Below, one piece after another: positions 1 through 10,114 of a stretch of 34,199 nucleotides of DNA; position 1 is the first letter of the stretch, and each line of letters opens with the position of its first letter. Origin of the DNA: Draconibacterium orientale (GTDB lineage: Bacteria; Bacteroidota; Bacteroidia; Bacteroidales; UBA1556); assembly GCA_022736595.1 (NCBI GenBank), contig DZDC01000002.1, positions 13,620 through 47,818 on the forward strand, read 5' to 3'. Position numbers and translations under genes: made by a program. The notes beneath the pieces were generated by a model. That model saw only the letters and a program-made list of their open reading frames with translations. It was not told the origin of the DNA and made no database searches.

Positions 1-1896
1 ATCGAAGATGGAGATATGTATTTTAATTTGGGATATGGCTATTTGCAACAAGCATTAAATAAGTATATTATAGCAAATACTTTTAATTCAAATAGTGCTG
101 AATTGAATTATAAAATTGGGAAATGCTACTTGGAATTAAACCAGCCCGATAAGTCTTTAACAGCACTTTTTAAAGCAAGAGCACTGAATAAAAATTTATG
201 TGATGGACTTTACTATAATATTGCCAAATCGTATCAACAGGCCCTAAAATTCGATTCTTCCATTTTTTTTTACAAAATCTATTTGAATCGGTTGGATCCT
301 GAAAACTACAAAGCTCAACAACCCAGAATAAATCAGGCCATTCAAGAATGTAATGTAGGTAAACAATTGGTTTCTAATCCTGTTTCGGTTACCATTGAGA
401 ACTTAGGCCCCAATATTAATAGTGAATTTCCTGATTATGGGGTCGTTGTAAACATGGATGAGAGTATGCTGTTTTACACTTCGCGCCGACCTAACACCAC
501 TGGCGGCTTTCGCAATGAAGCTGATCAGATGTTTTATGAAGATAGCTATTGGAGTCTCCGACAAAACGGAAAATGGTTGCCTAACAAAAATATGGGCACC
601 AAAATTAATACCGAAGGGCATGACGCCCCAGTGGGCATTAGTCCCGATGGACAATTGCTAATTTTATATCGTGATTTTAATGGTGGTGATCTGTTTCAAA
701 GTATCTTAAAAGGAAAGGATTGGACCGACCCTGTAGCCTTGCCTGAACCCATTAATACAAAGTACCAAGAATCATCAGCTTCCTATTCCTATAATGGTAA
801 ACGATTGTTTTTTGTAAGCGATCGTCCCAAAGGATTTGGAGGTAAGGATATATATTATACCGATTTACAAAGTGATGGTAAGTGGGGAGAAGCGATTAAT
901 TTAGGCGCTAAGGTCAATACATCAGGCGATGAAATCGCTGTTTTTTGCATGCCCGATGGCAAAACCATTTATTTTAGTAGTAATGCTCATTCAGGCATGG
1001 GTGATTTTGATGTATTTCGATCATCGTTCATTAATAATACATGGTCCACTCCTGAAAATTTGGGGTATCCCATTAACAATACCGGTAGCGACGTGTTTTT
1101 TGCACTTTCTGCTTCTGGAAAGAGTGCTTATGTTTCTTCTCGCAGAACGGAAGGGCTTGGGGATCAAGATATTTATGTCATTAGTTATACCGAAGATGAG
1201 AGGAAAGATTCTGTCACCATAGCGAACCAAATCAAAGATGATAAAGTAAATACAACCAATGCAAGAGGAACTTCGTTAACGCTTCTGAGCGGGTTTGTGA
1301 TGGATGAAGTAACAAAAGTCGCCATTGAAGCGTCTTTGGAACTTACCGATAATCAAACTGGAAAAGTGATTGCCGCCTTTACCTCTAACTCATTGACAGG
1401 AAAATACATGATTTCGTTACCTTCGGGTTATAATTATGGAATGAATGTAAACGCCAATGGCTATTTGTTTCACAGTGAGAATTTCGTCATCGAACAAGAC
1501 CAAGCATTTAAACAAATGCAGCTCAACATCAATCTTAAGAAAGTGGAAGTGGGCAAAAGTATTGCTCTTAATAATATTTTCTTCGATTACGATAAATCGA
1601 GCTTGAACAATGAGTCCGTATCGGAATTGAATCGACTGACAATTTTATTGAACGAATATCCCAGTCTCAAAATTCAAGTGGAAGGGCATACCGATAATGT
1701 GGGTACGCACGAATACAATCAGCAACTATCTGAAGCTAGAGCAAAAGCCGTTGTAGATTATTTGATAAGCAAAGGAATAGATTCAGCTCGATTGAAGTAC
1801 ATGGGATTTGGTTATTCAAAACCTGTCGCCGATAACACTGAGCAGGAGGGAAGAGGTAAAAATAGAAGATCAGAATTTAAAATCATCGATAAATAG
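1..1896 (+). CDS. OmpA-family protein with TPR, PD40 (WD40-like) repeats and C-terminal OmpA peptidoglycan-binding domain (PorE-like); 5'-truncated by the window edge
   Basis: Frame is open from position 1 (first ATG at 16), with no signal peptide in view. TPR-like N-terminus, repeated 'NLGxxINT...LFFxSxRxxGxGxxDIY' PD40 units, and OmpA C-terminal motifs NIFFDYDKS / EGHTDNVG / LSEARA / NRRSEF. Confidence 0.85.
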   Translation: MEDGDMYFNLGYGYLQQALNKYIIANTFNSNSAELNYKIGKCYLELNQPDKSLTALFKARALNKNLCDGLYYNIAKSYQQALKFDSSIFFYKIYLNRLDPENYKAQQPRINQAIQECNVGKQLVSNPVSVTIENLGPNINSEFPDYGVVVNMDESMLFYTSRRPNTTGGFRNEADQMFYEDSYWSLRQNGKWLPNKNMGTKINTEGHDAPVGISPDGQLLILYRDFNGGDLFQSILKGKDWTDPVALPEPINTKYQESSASYSYNGKRLFFVSDRPKGFGGKDIYYTDLQSDGKWGEAINLGAKVNTSGDEIAVFCMPDGKTIYFSSNAHSGMGDFDVFRSSFINNTWSTPENLGYPINNTGSDVFFALSASGKSAYVSSRRTEGLGDQDIYVISYTEDERKDSVTIANQIKDDKVNTTNARGTSLTLLSGFVMDEVTKVAIEASLELTDNQTGKVIAAFTSNSLTGKYMISLPSGYNYGMNVNANGYLFHSENFVIEQDQAFKQMQLNINLKKVEVGKSIALNNIFFDYDKSSLNNESVSELNRLTILLNEYPSLKIQVEGHTDNVGTHEYNQQLSEARAKAVVDYLISKGIDSARLKYMGFGYSKPVADNTEQEGRGKNRRSEFKIIDK

Positions 1897-1937
1897 AGGT
1901 CTATATAATAAATTTGAAAAGTCTGAGTTAAGCAAAA

Positions 1938-2600
1938 ATGCAAATAAGTAAAAAGACATCTATACTCTTTAGTTTACTACTACTTTCTTTTTTTGGGTTT
2001 TCACAGATAAAATATCCATGGGAAGAGAATGAGAATACGCCCCATTTGATACAGTTTTCAGGAGTAGTGGTAACAGGGGATAGTTTAAAACCAGTGCCTT
2101 TTGCCGGGATTCAGATTGTAGGAACCTATTATGGAACATCTTCAGATTATAATGGATTCTTTTCTATGGTAGCAAAAGCTGGAGATGTTATTCAATTTAC
2201 ATCCATTGGATATCGAACGGCTCGATATAAAATTCCAGATACTCTTAGTTCTACTCGATATACGCTCATCCAAATGATGCAAACAGATACCATTTTGTTA
2301 ATGGAAACTGTTATTTATCCTTGGCCCTCTTTAGCTGCACTTGAGCAAGCCATTGTAAATATTGTAATTCCGGAAGACGATTACGATAGGGCAATAAAAA
2401 ACCTTACCCTTCAAGAGTTGAGAGAAAGAGGGGAGTATATGCCCATGGATGGGTCAATGAATTATCGACATCAAATGCAACAAATTATTAATAAGTCATA
2501 CTATAATGGGCAATATATGCCTTATCAATTCCTTAACCCCTTTGCATGGGCTCAGTTTATAGAAGCATGGAAGGCTGGCAAGTTTAAAAAGAAAGATTAA
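1938..2600 (+). CDS. Secreted carboxypeptidase-regulatory-like domain protein
   Basis: Signal peptide followed by 'FSGVVV..DSLKPVPFAGI...GTSSDYNGFFS...FTSIGY', typical of the Bacteroidota CarboxypepD_reg-like domain. Confidence 0.7.
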   Translation: MQISKKTSILFSLLLLSFFGFSQIKYPWEENENTPHLIQFSGVVVTGDSLKPVPFAGIQIVGTYYGTSSDYNGFFSMVAKAGDVIQFTSIGYRTARYKIPDTLSSTRYTLIQMMQTDTILLMETVIYPWPSLAALEQAIVNIVIPEDDYDRAIKNLTLQELRERGEYMPMDGSMNYRHQMQQIINKSYYNGQYMPYQFLNPFAWAQFIEAWKAGKFKKKD

Positions 2601-2608
2601 ACGCTACG

Positions 2609-3319
2609 CTATTTTTTGTGCAAACCACATTCACGGGTGTCGGGGTTTTCCCACCACCATCTTCCAGCTCTTACATCCTCACCTTCAATGATTGCCCGGG
2701 TACAAGGTTGGCAACCAATGCTGGGAAAACCTTGGTCGTGCAAGGTATTGTACGGAATTTTATGGGTTTTAATATAGTTCCAAACGTCAGCCTCAGTCCA
2801 ATCAATCAAAGGATTTATTTTAATACTCTGGTTTAGGGCATCCCATTCCACCTTTTGCATCTCAGTTCTGGTAATCGATTGCGATCGACGCAAACCAGTA
2901 AACCATGCATTCTTACCTTCAATGGCTCTTTTAAGTGGATTGAGTTTGCGTATTTGGCAGCAAAGCTTTCTATTTTCAACACTTTCGTAAAATAAATTTA
3001 TACCGTGGTTCAATACCATTGCTTCCAATTCACTTGAATCTGGAGAATATACATGGATTTGAAGCTTGTATTTTTTAACGGTGCTATCGAGTAAATTATA
3101 GGTTTCAGGAAAGATGCGCCCAGTATCTAAAGTAAAAATCTGACATTTCTTTTCGCTATTGTATATCAAATGCGTTATTACTTGGTCTTCAGCGCCTAAA
3201 CTGGTTCCAAAGACGATTTCCTCATTCCAATTTTGATTAAAAAAGTTAACTATTTCTTGAGCATTCAAAGGTGCAACAAGTTTATTTAATTCCTCGACGG
3301 ATTGTTGATTAAGGTGCAT
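2609..3319 (-). CDS. cysH: (Phospho)adenylyl-sulfate reductase, Fe-S (APS reductase) type
   Basis: Motifs LDTG, CC..RK, TGLRRSQS, KINPL, SIGCQPCT, RAGRWWWE and C-terminal ECGLH. Confidence 0.92.
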   Translation of the reverse strand: MHLNQQSVEELNKLVAPLNAQEIVNFFNQNWNEEIVFGTSLGAEDQVITHLIYNSEKKCQIFTLDTGRIFPETYNLLDSTVKKYKLQIHVYSPDSSELEAMVLNHGINLFYESVENRKLCCQIRKLNPLKRAIEGKNAWFTGLRRSQSITRTEMQKVEWDALNQSIKINPLIDWTEADVWNYIKTHKIPYNTLHDQGFPSIGCQPCTRAIIEGEDVRAGRWWWENPDTRECGLHKK

Positions 3320-3325
3320 ATTTAA

Positions 3326-5431
3326 CTATTTTAATTCAGTTACAACTTCAACACTTTCTAATAAATAGGGGTCGGCTTTCAGCTTTTTATGCCATTCATT
3401 GGCCGATTTCACTTTTGCAGTATCCGAGGCAATAAATTCCATGTCAATTTTAAGAGGAGACACCATTAATAAGGTAGTGTCGGTGAAAAGATTTTTATAC
3501 AAGTCATTCTCTTGTTTTCGTTTCGCCATTTCGGCTCGGTATTGCGTTAAGTTTAAGCTTACAAGGGTTTGATCTTGGTACTTTTTTACTGACTTAGCTT
3601 GTTGCTCAAGAAGACTAAAGGTATTGTTGCTCTTAATTCTTTTGGTGCTTTTAGTCACAATATCCTTCTTTTTTTGTATTGAGTTAGTCGGTTGGTATTG
3701 GGTGGTGTTGATTTTATCCCAGTCTAAATGATGATCGAGTTCGGCTTCACCATATTTTATGTATTTGTACTGATCAGGTAAGATAATATCTGGTACCACA
3801 CCTTTGAGCTGGGTGCTTTCCCCTGTAATTCTATAAAACTTTTGGAAGGTAAGTTTCAATGCTCCAAAGGGTTTGTAAGTGTTGTAATTTCCATTTACAA
3901 TTTCATCTAAATCAATAAAACGTTGAACTGTTCCCTTTCCAAAGGATTTTTGACCACCAATAATGACGGCTCTTCCATAATCTTGGAGAGCACCAGCAAA
4001 AATTTCTGAGGCTGATGCACTGTTTGAATTTACCATTACGGCCATGGGACCGTCATAAAGAACTGAAGGATCATTATCGCTTAAGATTTCGGGAGCTCCT
4101 GTTTTTTGTCGCACTTGTACGATTGGGCCAGTGGGTATAAACAAGCCTGCCATGGTAACCACGTCGGGGAGGCTACCCCCTCCATCGTTTCTAAGATCGA
4201 TAATGAGACCGTCGATACCCTGATTTTTTAACTTGATTACTTCTTTTCTTACATCATCTGAGCACCTACGTCCCCCTCCTTTTTCATTAAAGTTGACATA
4301 GAATGAAGGCAAATAGATGTATCCAATGTTTTTATTGGAGCTGGGGCTTTTTATAATGGCTGATTTAGCATAAGTTTCTTCAATTACCACGATATCCCGT
4401 ACAATGCTGATTTGCTTAATATCACCTTCCACGGTTTTCACTGTGAGTTTAACAGTAGTTCCTTTTTTACCACGGATATAGGTTACCGCTTTGTCAATAC
4501 GCATCCCCGATATTTCAACGGTTTCACCATTTTCTTGAGTAACTTTTAAAATTAAGTCGCCCGCTTTTAATTCACCTTGTTTATAAGAAGGGCTTCCTGG
4601 CATGATTTGAACCACTTTAATAAAGCCGTCTTTTTCTTGCAAGGTAGCTCCAATTCCTTCTAATTGCCCGCTCATGGCAATGTCAAAATCTTCTTTGTCC
4701 TTTGGAGGAAAATAGTTGGTGTGAGGATCAAAGCAAGCGCTGACTGAGTTAAGATACAAGGAAAAAAAGTCTTTTCTTTCCATTTGAGATAATCGATGAA
4801 GATAATCTTGATTGCGTTTCTTAACTTTTTCGCGGGCTTCCTTTTCAATAGTTGTGAAGTCTTTAATTGCGATAGATGTATCCTTTTTTTCAGCAGCAGC
4901 TTCTTGAATTTCGAGCTGAGTTACCATTTCAAGCATCACTTGATATTTTAGCGATTTACGCCACGAATCTTTAAGCTCGTCCTTGCTTTTAGCAAAACTG
5001 TTTTTCTTATCATCCAACTCGAGTTCGTCGTTAAGGTCAAATTGAAAGGGTTCACTTAAAATATTTTCATAAAGTGCTTCTACTTCGCTGATGCGTTTGG
5101 TGAGAATACTGTATGATAAGTCAAAAAAGTCGAGATTGAGTGCATTGAGTTGGTCATCCAACTGGAGACGGTAAGCTTTCAACTGAGTATAATCTGATTC
5201 AAGTAGAAATTTTTTGGTATAATCAATGCCTTCGATATAGGAATCGAATACTTTTTCCGAAAATTGATCATCCACTGGAATATTGTCATAATGGGCATAT
5301 TTTAGTCCACTCATTAAAAGTTCAAGGACAATTTTCTCCTTATCTTTTTGGTCTTCAGTATAGGTTTTGTAAGCGGCTATTAATGCAATTGGCAAAAGTA
5401 ACGCCACAACTTTGATGATAATGCTTCTCAT
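3326..5431 (-). CDS. prc: Carboxy-terminal processing protease (S41, tail-specific protease)
   Basis: DPHTNY, GIGA PDZ entry, IIDLRNDGGG, catalytic SASASEIF and SFGKGTVQ; 701-aa Prc-type length. Confidence 0.92.
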   Translation of the reverse strand: MRSIIIKVVALLLPIALIAAYKTYTEDQKDKEKIVLELLMSGLKYAHYDNIPVDDQFSEKVFDSYIEGIDYTKKFLLESDYTQLKAYRLQLDDQLNALNLDFFDLSYSILTKRISEVEALYENILSEPFQFDLNDELELDDKKNSFAKSKDELKDSWRKSLKYQVMLEMVTQLEIQEAAAEKKDTSIAIKDFTTIEKEAREKVKKRNQDYLHRLSQMERKDFFSLYLNSVSACFDPHTNYFPPKDKEDFDIAMSGQLEGIGATLQEKDGFIKVVQIMPGSPSYKQGELKAGDLILKVTQENGETVEISGMRIDKAVTYIRGKKGTTVKLTVKTVEGDIKQISIVRDIVVIEETYAKSAIIKSPSSNKNIGYIYLPSFYVNFNEKGGGRRCSDDVRKEVIKLKNQGIDGLIIDLRNDGGGSLPDVVTMAGLFIPTGPIVQVRQKTGAPEILSDNDPSVLYDGPMAVMVNSNSASASEIFAGALQDYGRAVIIGGQKSFGKGTVQRFIDLDEIVNGNYNTYKPFGALKLTFQKFYRITGESTQLKGVVPDIILPDQYKYIKYGEAELDHHLDWDKINTTQYQPTNSIQKKKDIVTKSTKRIKSNNTFSLLEQQAKSVKKYQDQTLVSLNLTQYRAEMAKRKQENDLYKNLFTDTTLLMVSPLKIDMEFIASDTAKVKSANEWHKKLKADPYLLESVEVVTELK

Positions 5432-5453
5432 AATTTTAATTAAAAATGGAGAG

Positions 5454-5487
5454 CGAAAATAAAAAAATAATCATCGGTAAGCCCAAA
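5454..5487 (-). promoter_or_regulatory. Putative sigma-A promoter of prc-cysH
   Basis: Minus strand TATTTTCG (5454-5461, one mismatch to TAnnTTTG) with TTTG at 5484-5487. Confidence 0.45.
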
Positions 5488-5725
5488 GCAATTGTTATAA
5501 AATGTTACAAAAGGGAAATATTAATAGGGCAAGGGTTCCCTATGAGGGGGCATTGTCAGTAATTAATGTATAATTCAGGATGGAAAAGGGATCGCTTTTT
5601 CAAATGGAACGACAAATCATGTGGTGAAAAACTTTTAAAACTAGGGAGAATAATGAAGCTAGTGGTGACTTTATCAGCTAAATAGACAAGTGGATAAAAT
5701 AATTCAAATAATTTTGATAAAAAGA

Positions 5726-5755
5726 TTTGTAAAATAAAAATAATGTTTATCTTTG
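5726..5755 (+). promoter_or_regulatory. Bacteroidota sigma-A promoter (distal; upstream of the structured RNA candidate)
   Basis: TTTG at 5726-5729, 18-nt spacer, then TATCTTTG(CA) at 5748-5755 matching the TAnnTTTG -7 element. Confidence 0.7.
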
Positions 5756-5759
5756 CAGC

Positions 5760-5924
5760 CGCTTTTTATGGTAGCGAATCGTAAGATTAAGTACTATTAA
5801 AGCGAGTAAGATAAATTGTAAGGAACCTGATAAGGACAGACCGGTATAGGTTCCAAAAAAGTGAGAGTATCACTTTTGGGTCTGAATTAAGTGTCCTTCC
5901 TTCCAATTTTTCATACAAATCTTA
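5760..5924 (+). ncRNA. Candidate structured ncRNA or long cis-regulatory leader upstream of rpsL (family not recognised)
   Basis: Starts right after a consensus promoter. Contains a GNRA-capped hairpin (5760-5804) and several perfect 6-8 bp complementary segments (5807-5924). No ORF in the track. Confidence 0.45.
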
Positions 5925-6013
5925 ATGTCAATAGTTCAAATAAGACAATTTAGTCAATTTAAATATTTGAATTTTAGTGTTTTATGTAAATAAATATTTA
6001 TTTACAATGAGGT

Positions 6014-6044
6014 GTTGATAATTAAGTTCTTAATTGTACTTTTG
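6014..6044 (+). promoter_or_regulatory. Bacteroidota sigma-A promoter proximal to rpsL
   Basis: GTTG at 6014-6017, 19-nt spacer, then TACTTTTG(CA) at 6037-6044. Confidence 0.75.
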
Positions 6045-6101
6045 CAAACCCATTTTTAGGGTGAAATAATATCAATTGAAGCTAATAATTTATTTTAAAT
6101 T

Positions 6102-6542
6102 ATGCCAACAATACAACAATTAATTAGAAAAGGTCGCAAGAAGTTGACTGATAAAAGTAAAGCTCCCGCATTGGATTCATGTCCACAGCGTCGTGGAGTT
6201 TGTGTGCGTGTATATACCACTACCCCCAAGAAACCAAACTCAGCAATGCGTAAGGTAGCTCGTGTACGTTTAACCAATCAAAAGGAAGTGAATGCCTATA
6301 TTCCTGGTGAAGGACACAATTTGCAAGAGCACTCCATCGTGTTAATTAGAGGAGGAAGAGTGAAAGACCTTCCTGGAGTACGTTACCACATCGTTCGTGG
6401 TGCACTCGATACCTTAGGTGTTGAAGGTCGTACTCAACGTAGATCAAAATACGGTACCAAGCGTCCTAAAAAAGGTGCTCTAGCTAAAGGTGCTCCAGCT
6501 AAGGGCGCTCCAGCAAAAGGTGCTCCATCAAAGAAGAAATAG
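6102..6542 (+). CDS. rpsL: 30S ribosomal protein S12
   Basis: [31 protein letters not shown]. Confidence 0.99.
   Translation: MPTIQQLIRKGRKKLTDKSKAPALDSCPQRRGVCVRVYTTTPKKPNSAMRKVARVRLTNQKEVNAYIPGEGHNLQEHSIVLIRGGRVKDLPGVRYHIVRGALDTLGVEGRTQRRSKYGTKRPKKGALAKGAPAKGAPAKGAPSKKK
6471..6530 (+). repeat. 4 x 15-bp coding tandem repeat in the rpsL 3' end (KGA[LP][AS])
   Basis: AAAGGTGCTCTAGCT / AAAGGTGCTCCAGCT / AAGGGCGCTCCAGCA / AAAGGTGCTCCATCA. Confidence 0.9.
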
Positions 6543-6570
6543 CATTATACATTATAAATAAGGTGTAACA

Positions 6571-7041
6571 ATGAGAAAACAAAAGCCTAAAAAACGAATT
6601 ATTTTACCAGATCCAAAATTCAATGATGTTTTGGTTACCAAATTCGTAAACAATATGATGTACGAAGGCAAGAAAAATATTTCATATAATATTTTTTATG
6701 ATGCCATGGAAATTGTACAACAAAAATTAAAAGAGGAAAACGCTCTTGAAGTGTTCAAAAAAGGACTTTCAAACGTTACCCCTTCAGTAGAGGTAAAAAG
6801 TAGAAGAATTGGAGGAGCAACCTTCCAAATTCCTACCGAAATTTATCCTGCACGTAAACAATCCATCGGTATCAAAGCTCTTATCGCTGCGTCACGTAAC
6901 CGTCATGAGAAATCAATGGCTCAGAAATTAGCTGGTGAAATCATAGCCGCTTTTAAAGAAGAAGGTACCGCATACAAGAAGAAAGAAGATACTCACCGTA
7001 TGGCCGATGCTAATAAAGCATTCTCCCATTTTCGTTTCTAA
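6571..7041 (+). CDS. rpsG: 30S ribosomal protein S7
   Basis: [30 protein letters not shown]; follows rpsL. Confidence 0.99.
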   Translation: MRKQKPKKRIILPDPKFNDVLVTKFVNNMMYEGKKNISYNIFYDAMEIVQQKLKEENALEVFKKGLSNVTPSVEVKSRRIGGATFQIPTEIYPARKQSIGIKALIAASRNRHEKSMAQKLAGEIIAAFKEEGTAYKKKEDTHRMADANKAFSHFRF

Positions 7042-7062
7042 ATAATTCATTGCAAAAAGTTT

Positions 7063-9144
7063 ATGTCAAATAGCTTACTACATACAAGAAACATTGGTAT
7101 TATGGCGCACATCGATGCTGGTAAAACTACCACCACCGAGCGTATTCTGTACTATACTGGCAAAAGCCATAAAATTGGTGAAGTGCATGACGGTGCTGCT
7201 ACTATGGACTGGATGGTTCAGGAGCAAGAACGTGGTATCACCATTACTTCTGCTGCTACTACTGTATTTTGGAAACATAACAACATTGAAAATAAAATTA
7301 ACATCATTGATACTCCCGGACACGTTGACTTCACCGTTGAAGTAGAACGTTCTCTTCGTATCCTTGATGGTGCTGTAGCACTTTTTTGTGCCGTTGGTGG
7401 GGTGGAACCTCAATCCGAAACCGTATGGCGTCAAGCTACAAAATATAAAGTTCCTCGTTTGAGCTTCATTAATAAAATGGACCGTTCTGGAGCCGATTTT
7501 TATTCTGTAGTAAATCAAATTAAAGAACGTCTAAAAGCCAATCCTGTTCCACTTCAAATTCCAATTGGAAGTGAAGAGCATTTTAAAGGGGTTGTGGATC
7601 TCATTCGTAATAAAGCTTTCGTTTGGGATGAAACAGATCAAGGAGTAAATGTATCCGAAATTCCTATTCCTGCTGATTTAATCGAAACCGCTGAAAAGTA
7701 CCGTATGGCTCTCATTGAAGGTGTGGCTGAAGAAAGCGATCACCTTCTTGAAAAGTTTATGGATGATCCCAATTCAATTACTGAAGAGGAAATGCTTTAC
7801 CATATTCGTAAAGCTACTGTCGAAATGCGGATAACTCCAGTAATGTGTGGTTCTGCATTTAAAAATAAAGGGGTTCAAATGCTACTTAATGCCGTTATCG
7901 ACTTCTTACCAAGTCCGCTCGACATTGAAGCTGTAGAAGGAGTTAATCCTGATACAGGTGAAACTGAACTTCGTCATGTGAAATCTGATGCTCCATTTGC
8001 AGCTTTAGCTTTCAAAATCGCAACCGATCCTTTCGTAGGACGTATTGCATTCTTCCGAGTTTACTCAGGTAGTCTCGACGCTGGAAGTTATGTACTTAAT
8101 ACCGGTACAGGTAAAAAAGAACGTATCAGCCGAATCATGCAAATGCATGCCAATAAGCAAAATCCATTGGACCGTATCGAAGCAGGAGACATTGGAGCTG
8201 CTGTGGGTTTTAAAACCATTCGTACTGGTGATACTCTTTGTGTTGAGGATTTCCCAATAGTTCTTGAATCAATGGATTTCCCAAATCCTGTAATCAGTAT
8301 TGCCATTGAGCCTAAAACTCAAAAGGATTCTGATAAATTAGGTAACTCCCTAGCAAAACTAGCTGAAGAAGATCCTACTTTCAAAGTTCATACTGATGAA
8401 GATAGTGGACAAACCATTATCAGCGGTATGGGAGAATTGCACTTAGAAATTTTGATAGACCGTCTTCAACGCGAGTTCAAAGTAGAGTGTAACCAAGGAC
8501 AACCTCAGGTAGCTTATAAAGAAGCATTATTGTCAAGCACCGAACACAGAGAAGTTTACAAGAAACAATCGGGGGGTCGTGGTAAATATGCCGATATCCA
8601 GTTTGAAATTGGACCTGCTGATAGTGGAGTTGAAGGCCTTCAGTTTATCGATGAAATCAAGGGTGGTGTTATTCCAAAAGAATTTGTCCCCAGCATCGAG
8701 AAAGGTTTCAAAGAAGCAATGAAAAATGGTACCCTAGCTGGTTTCGAGTTAGATAACCTTAAAGTACGCTTGTTTTATGGCGGATATCATGCAGTGGATT
8801 CAGACCAATTGTCATTTGAATTGGCAGCAAAAGTAGGTTTCAAAGACGCATGTCGTAAACTTAACCGTTGTCTGCTTGAGCCTGTCATGAAGGTAGAAGC
8901 AGTTACCCCAGACGATTATATGGGAGATATCATCGGAGACTTAAACAAACGCCGTGGAATGGTTGAAGGAGTTACAGCTAAAGATGGTATTCAAACTATC
9001 AAAGCCATGGTTCCGCTAAGCAATATGTTTGGTTATGTTACCAGCTTACGCACCATCAGTTCTGGACGTGCTACATCAACCATGGAATTCCACCATTACG
9101 CACAAGTTCCACAAAACATTGCAGACGAAATTATAAAGAAATAA
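7063..9144 (+). CDS. fusA: Elongation factor G
   Basis: [46 protein letters not shown]. Confidence 0.99.
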   Translation: MSNSLLHTRNIGIMAHIDAGKTTTTERILYYTGKSHKIGEVHDGAATMDWMVQEQERGITITSAATTVFWKHNNIENKINIIDTPGHVDFTVEVERSLRILDGAVALFCAVGGVEPQSETVWRQATKYKVPRLSFINKMDRSGADFYSVVNQIKERLKANPVPLQIPIGSEEHFKGVVDLIRNKAFVWDETDQGVNVSEIPIPADLIETAEKYRMALIEGVAEESDHLLEKFMDDPNSITEEEMLYHIRKATVEMRITPVMCGSAFKNKGVQMLLNAVIDFLPSPLDIEAVEGVNPDTGETELRHVKSDAPFAALAFKIATDPFVGRIAFFRVYSGSLDAGSYVLNTGTGKKERISRIMQMHANKQNPLDRIEAGDIGAAVGFKTIRTGDTLCVEDFPIVLESMDFPNPVISIAIEPKTQKDSDKLGNSLAKLAEEDPTFKVHTDEDSGQTIISGMGELHLEILIDRLQREFKVECNQGQPQVAYKEALLSSTEHREVYKKQSGGRGKYADIQFEIGPADSGVEGLQFIDEIKGGVIPKEFVPSIEKGFKEAMKNGTLAGFELDNLKVRLFYGGYHAVDSDQLSFELAAKVGFKDACRKLNRCLLEPVMKVEAVTPDDYMGDIIGDLNKRRGMVEGVTAKDGIQTIKAMVPLSNMFGYVTSLRTISSGRATSTMEFHHYAQVPQNIADEIIKK

Positions 9145-9162
9145 ATGCATATTTAAACGCAT

Positions 9163-9468
9163 ATGAGTCAGAAAATTAGAATTAAATTAAAATCATTCGA
9201 TTACAATCTGGTGGATAAATCCGCAGAGAAAATCGTTAAGACTGTAAAATCAACAGGTGCAGTGGTAAACGGACCTATTCCGCTTCCAACCGACAAAAAG
9301 ATCTATACAGTATTGCGTTCAACATTCGTAAACAAGAAAGCACGCGAGCAATTTGAGCACTCTACTTACAAACGTCTTTTAGATATTTACAGCACCACTT
9401 CAAAAACCATTGACGCTCTAATGAAATTAGAATTGCCTAGTGGTGTAGAAGTAGAAATTAAAGTGTAA
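9163..9468 (+). CDS. rpsJ: 30S ribosomal protein S10
   Basis: [22 protein letters not shown]. Confidence 0.99.
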   Translation: MSQKIRIKLKSFDYNLVDKSAEKIVKTVKSTGAVVNGPIPLPTDKKIYTVLRSTFVNKKAREQFEHSTYKRLLDIYSTTSKTIDALMKLELPSGVEVEIKV

Positions 9469-9490
9469 CTGAAAATTAAGTCAATTAGAA

Positions 9491-10114
9491 ATGTCAGGAA
9501 TAATAGGAAAAAAAATCGGCATGACTAGCCTTTTCGATGCCTCTGGTAAAAATATACCATGCACAGTAATCGAAGCTGGTCCTTGTGTAGTAACACAAGT
9601 TAGAACCATGGAAATAGATGGTTATGAGGCTATTCAACTTGCTTTTGACGAAGCAAAAGAAAAGCACACCACCAAAGCCATGATGGGTCATTTCAAAAAA
9701 GCAAATACTACTCCTAAACGTGCTTTAGCCGAGTTTACTCGTTTTGAAGTGCGCAGAGCCTTCGGTGATGTAGTTACCGTGGATGTATTTAGCGAAGGAG
9801 AATATGTTGACGTATCAGGAAATACCAAAGGAAAAGGATTCCAAGGTGTGGTAAAACGTCACGGTTTTAGTGGTGTAGGTGGAGCAACCCATGGTCAGCA
9901 CAATCGTTTGCGTGCCCCTGGTTCATTGGGAGCAAGCTCATGGCCTTCACGCGTATTCAAAGGAATGCGTATGGCTGGTCGTACCGGTGGCAACTCCGTG
10001 AAAATGATCAACCTTGAAGTGTTAAAAGTTGTACCAGAAAAGAATCTACTTATTGTTAAGGGATCAATTCCAGGTGCTATTAATTCATACGTAAAAGTAG
10101 AGAGATGGAGCTAG
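9491..10114 (+). CDS. rplC: 50S ribosomal protein L3
   Basis: [31 protein letters not shown]. Confidence 0.99.
   Translation: MSGIIGKKIGMTSLFDASGKNIPCTVIEAGPCVVTQVRTMEIDGYEAIQLAFDEAKEKHTTKAMMGHFKKANTTPKRALAEFTRFEVRRAFGDVVTVDVFSEGEYVDVSGNTKGKGFQGVVKRHGFSGVGGATHGQHNRLRAPGSLGASSWPSRVFKGMRMAGRTGGNSVKMINLEVLKVVPEKNLLIVKGSIPGAINSYVKVERWS

Noticed and set aside
5580-5627. 15-codon ORF MEKGSLFQMERQIMW in the prc-rpsL spacer
   Set aside because: Too short, with no recognisable promoter, attenuator or homology.
5821-5854. Resemblance of GAACCTGAT...TAGG to the 3' half (P4/P5) of a TPP riboswitch
   Set aside because: The essential CTGAGA and the P2/P3 5' half are missing, the P5 loop lacks TAAT, and rpsL is not a thiamine gene.
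5826-5865. CTGATAA as a hammerhead ribozyme core
   Set aside because: It does not match CUGANGA, and there is no correctly placed GAAA.
6102-6400. Streptomycin-resistance substitutions in S12
   Set aside because: TPKKPNSA and RVKDLPG are wild type.
7078-7518. 146-aa antisense ORF inside fusA, and the other antisense or alternative-frame ORFs in the track
   Set aside because: Shadow ORFs fully overlapping conserved genes, explained by codon bias and lacking recognisable motifs.
9145-9162. No tuf between fusA and rpsJ (and no adk after secY)
   Set aside because: This is the normal Bacteroidota gene order, not a loss specific to this genome.
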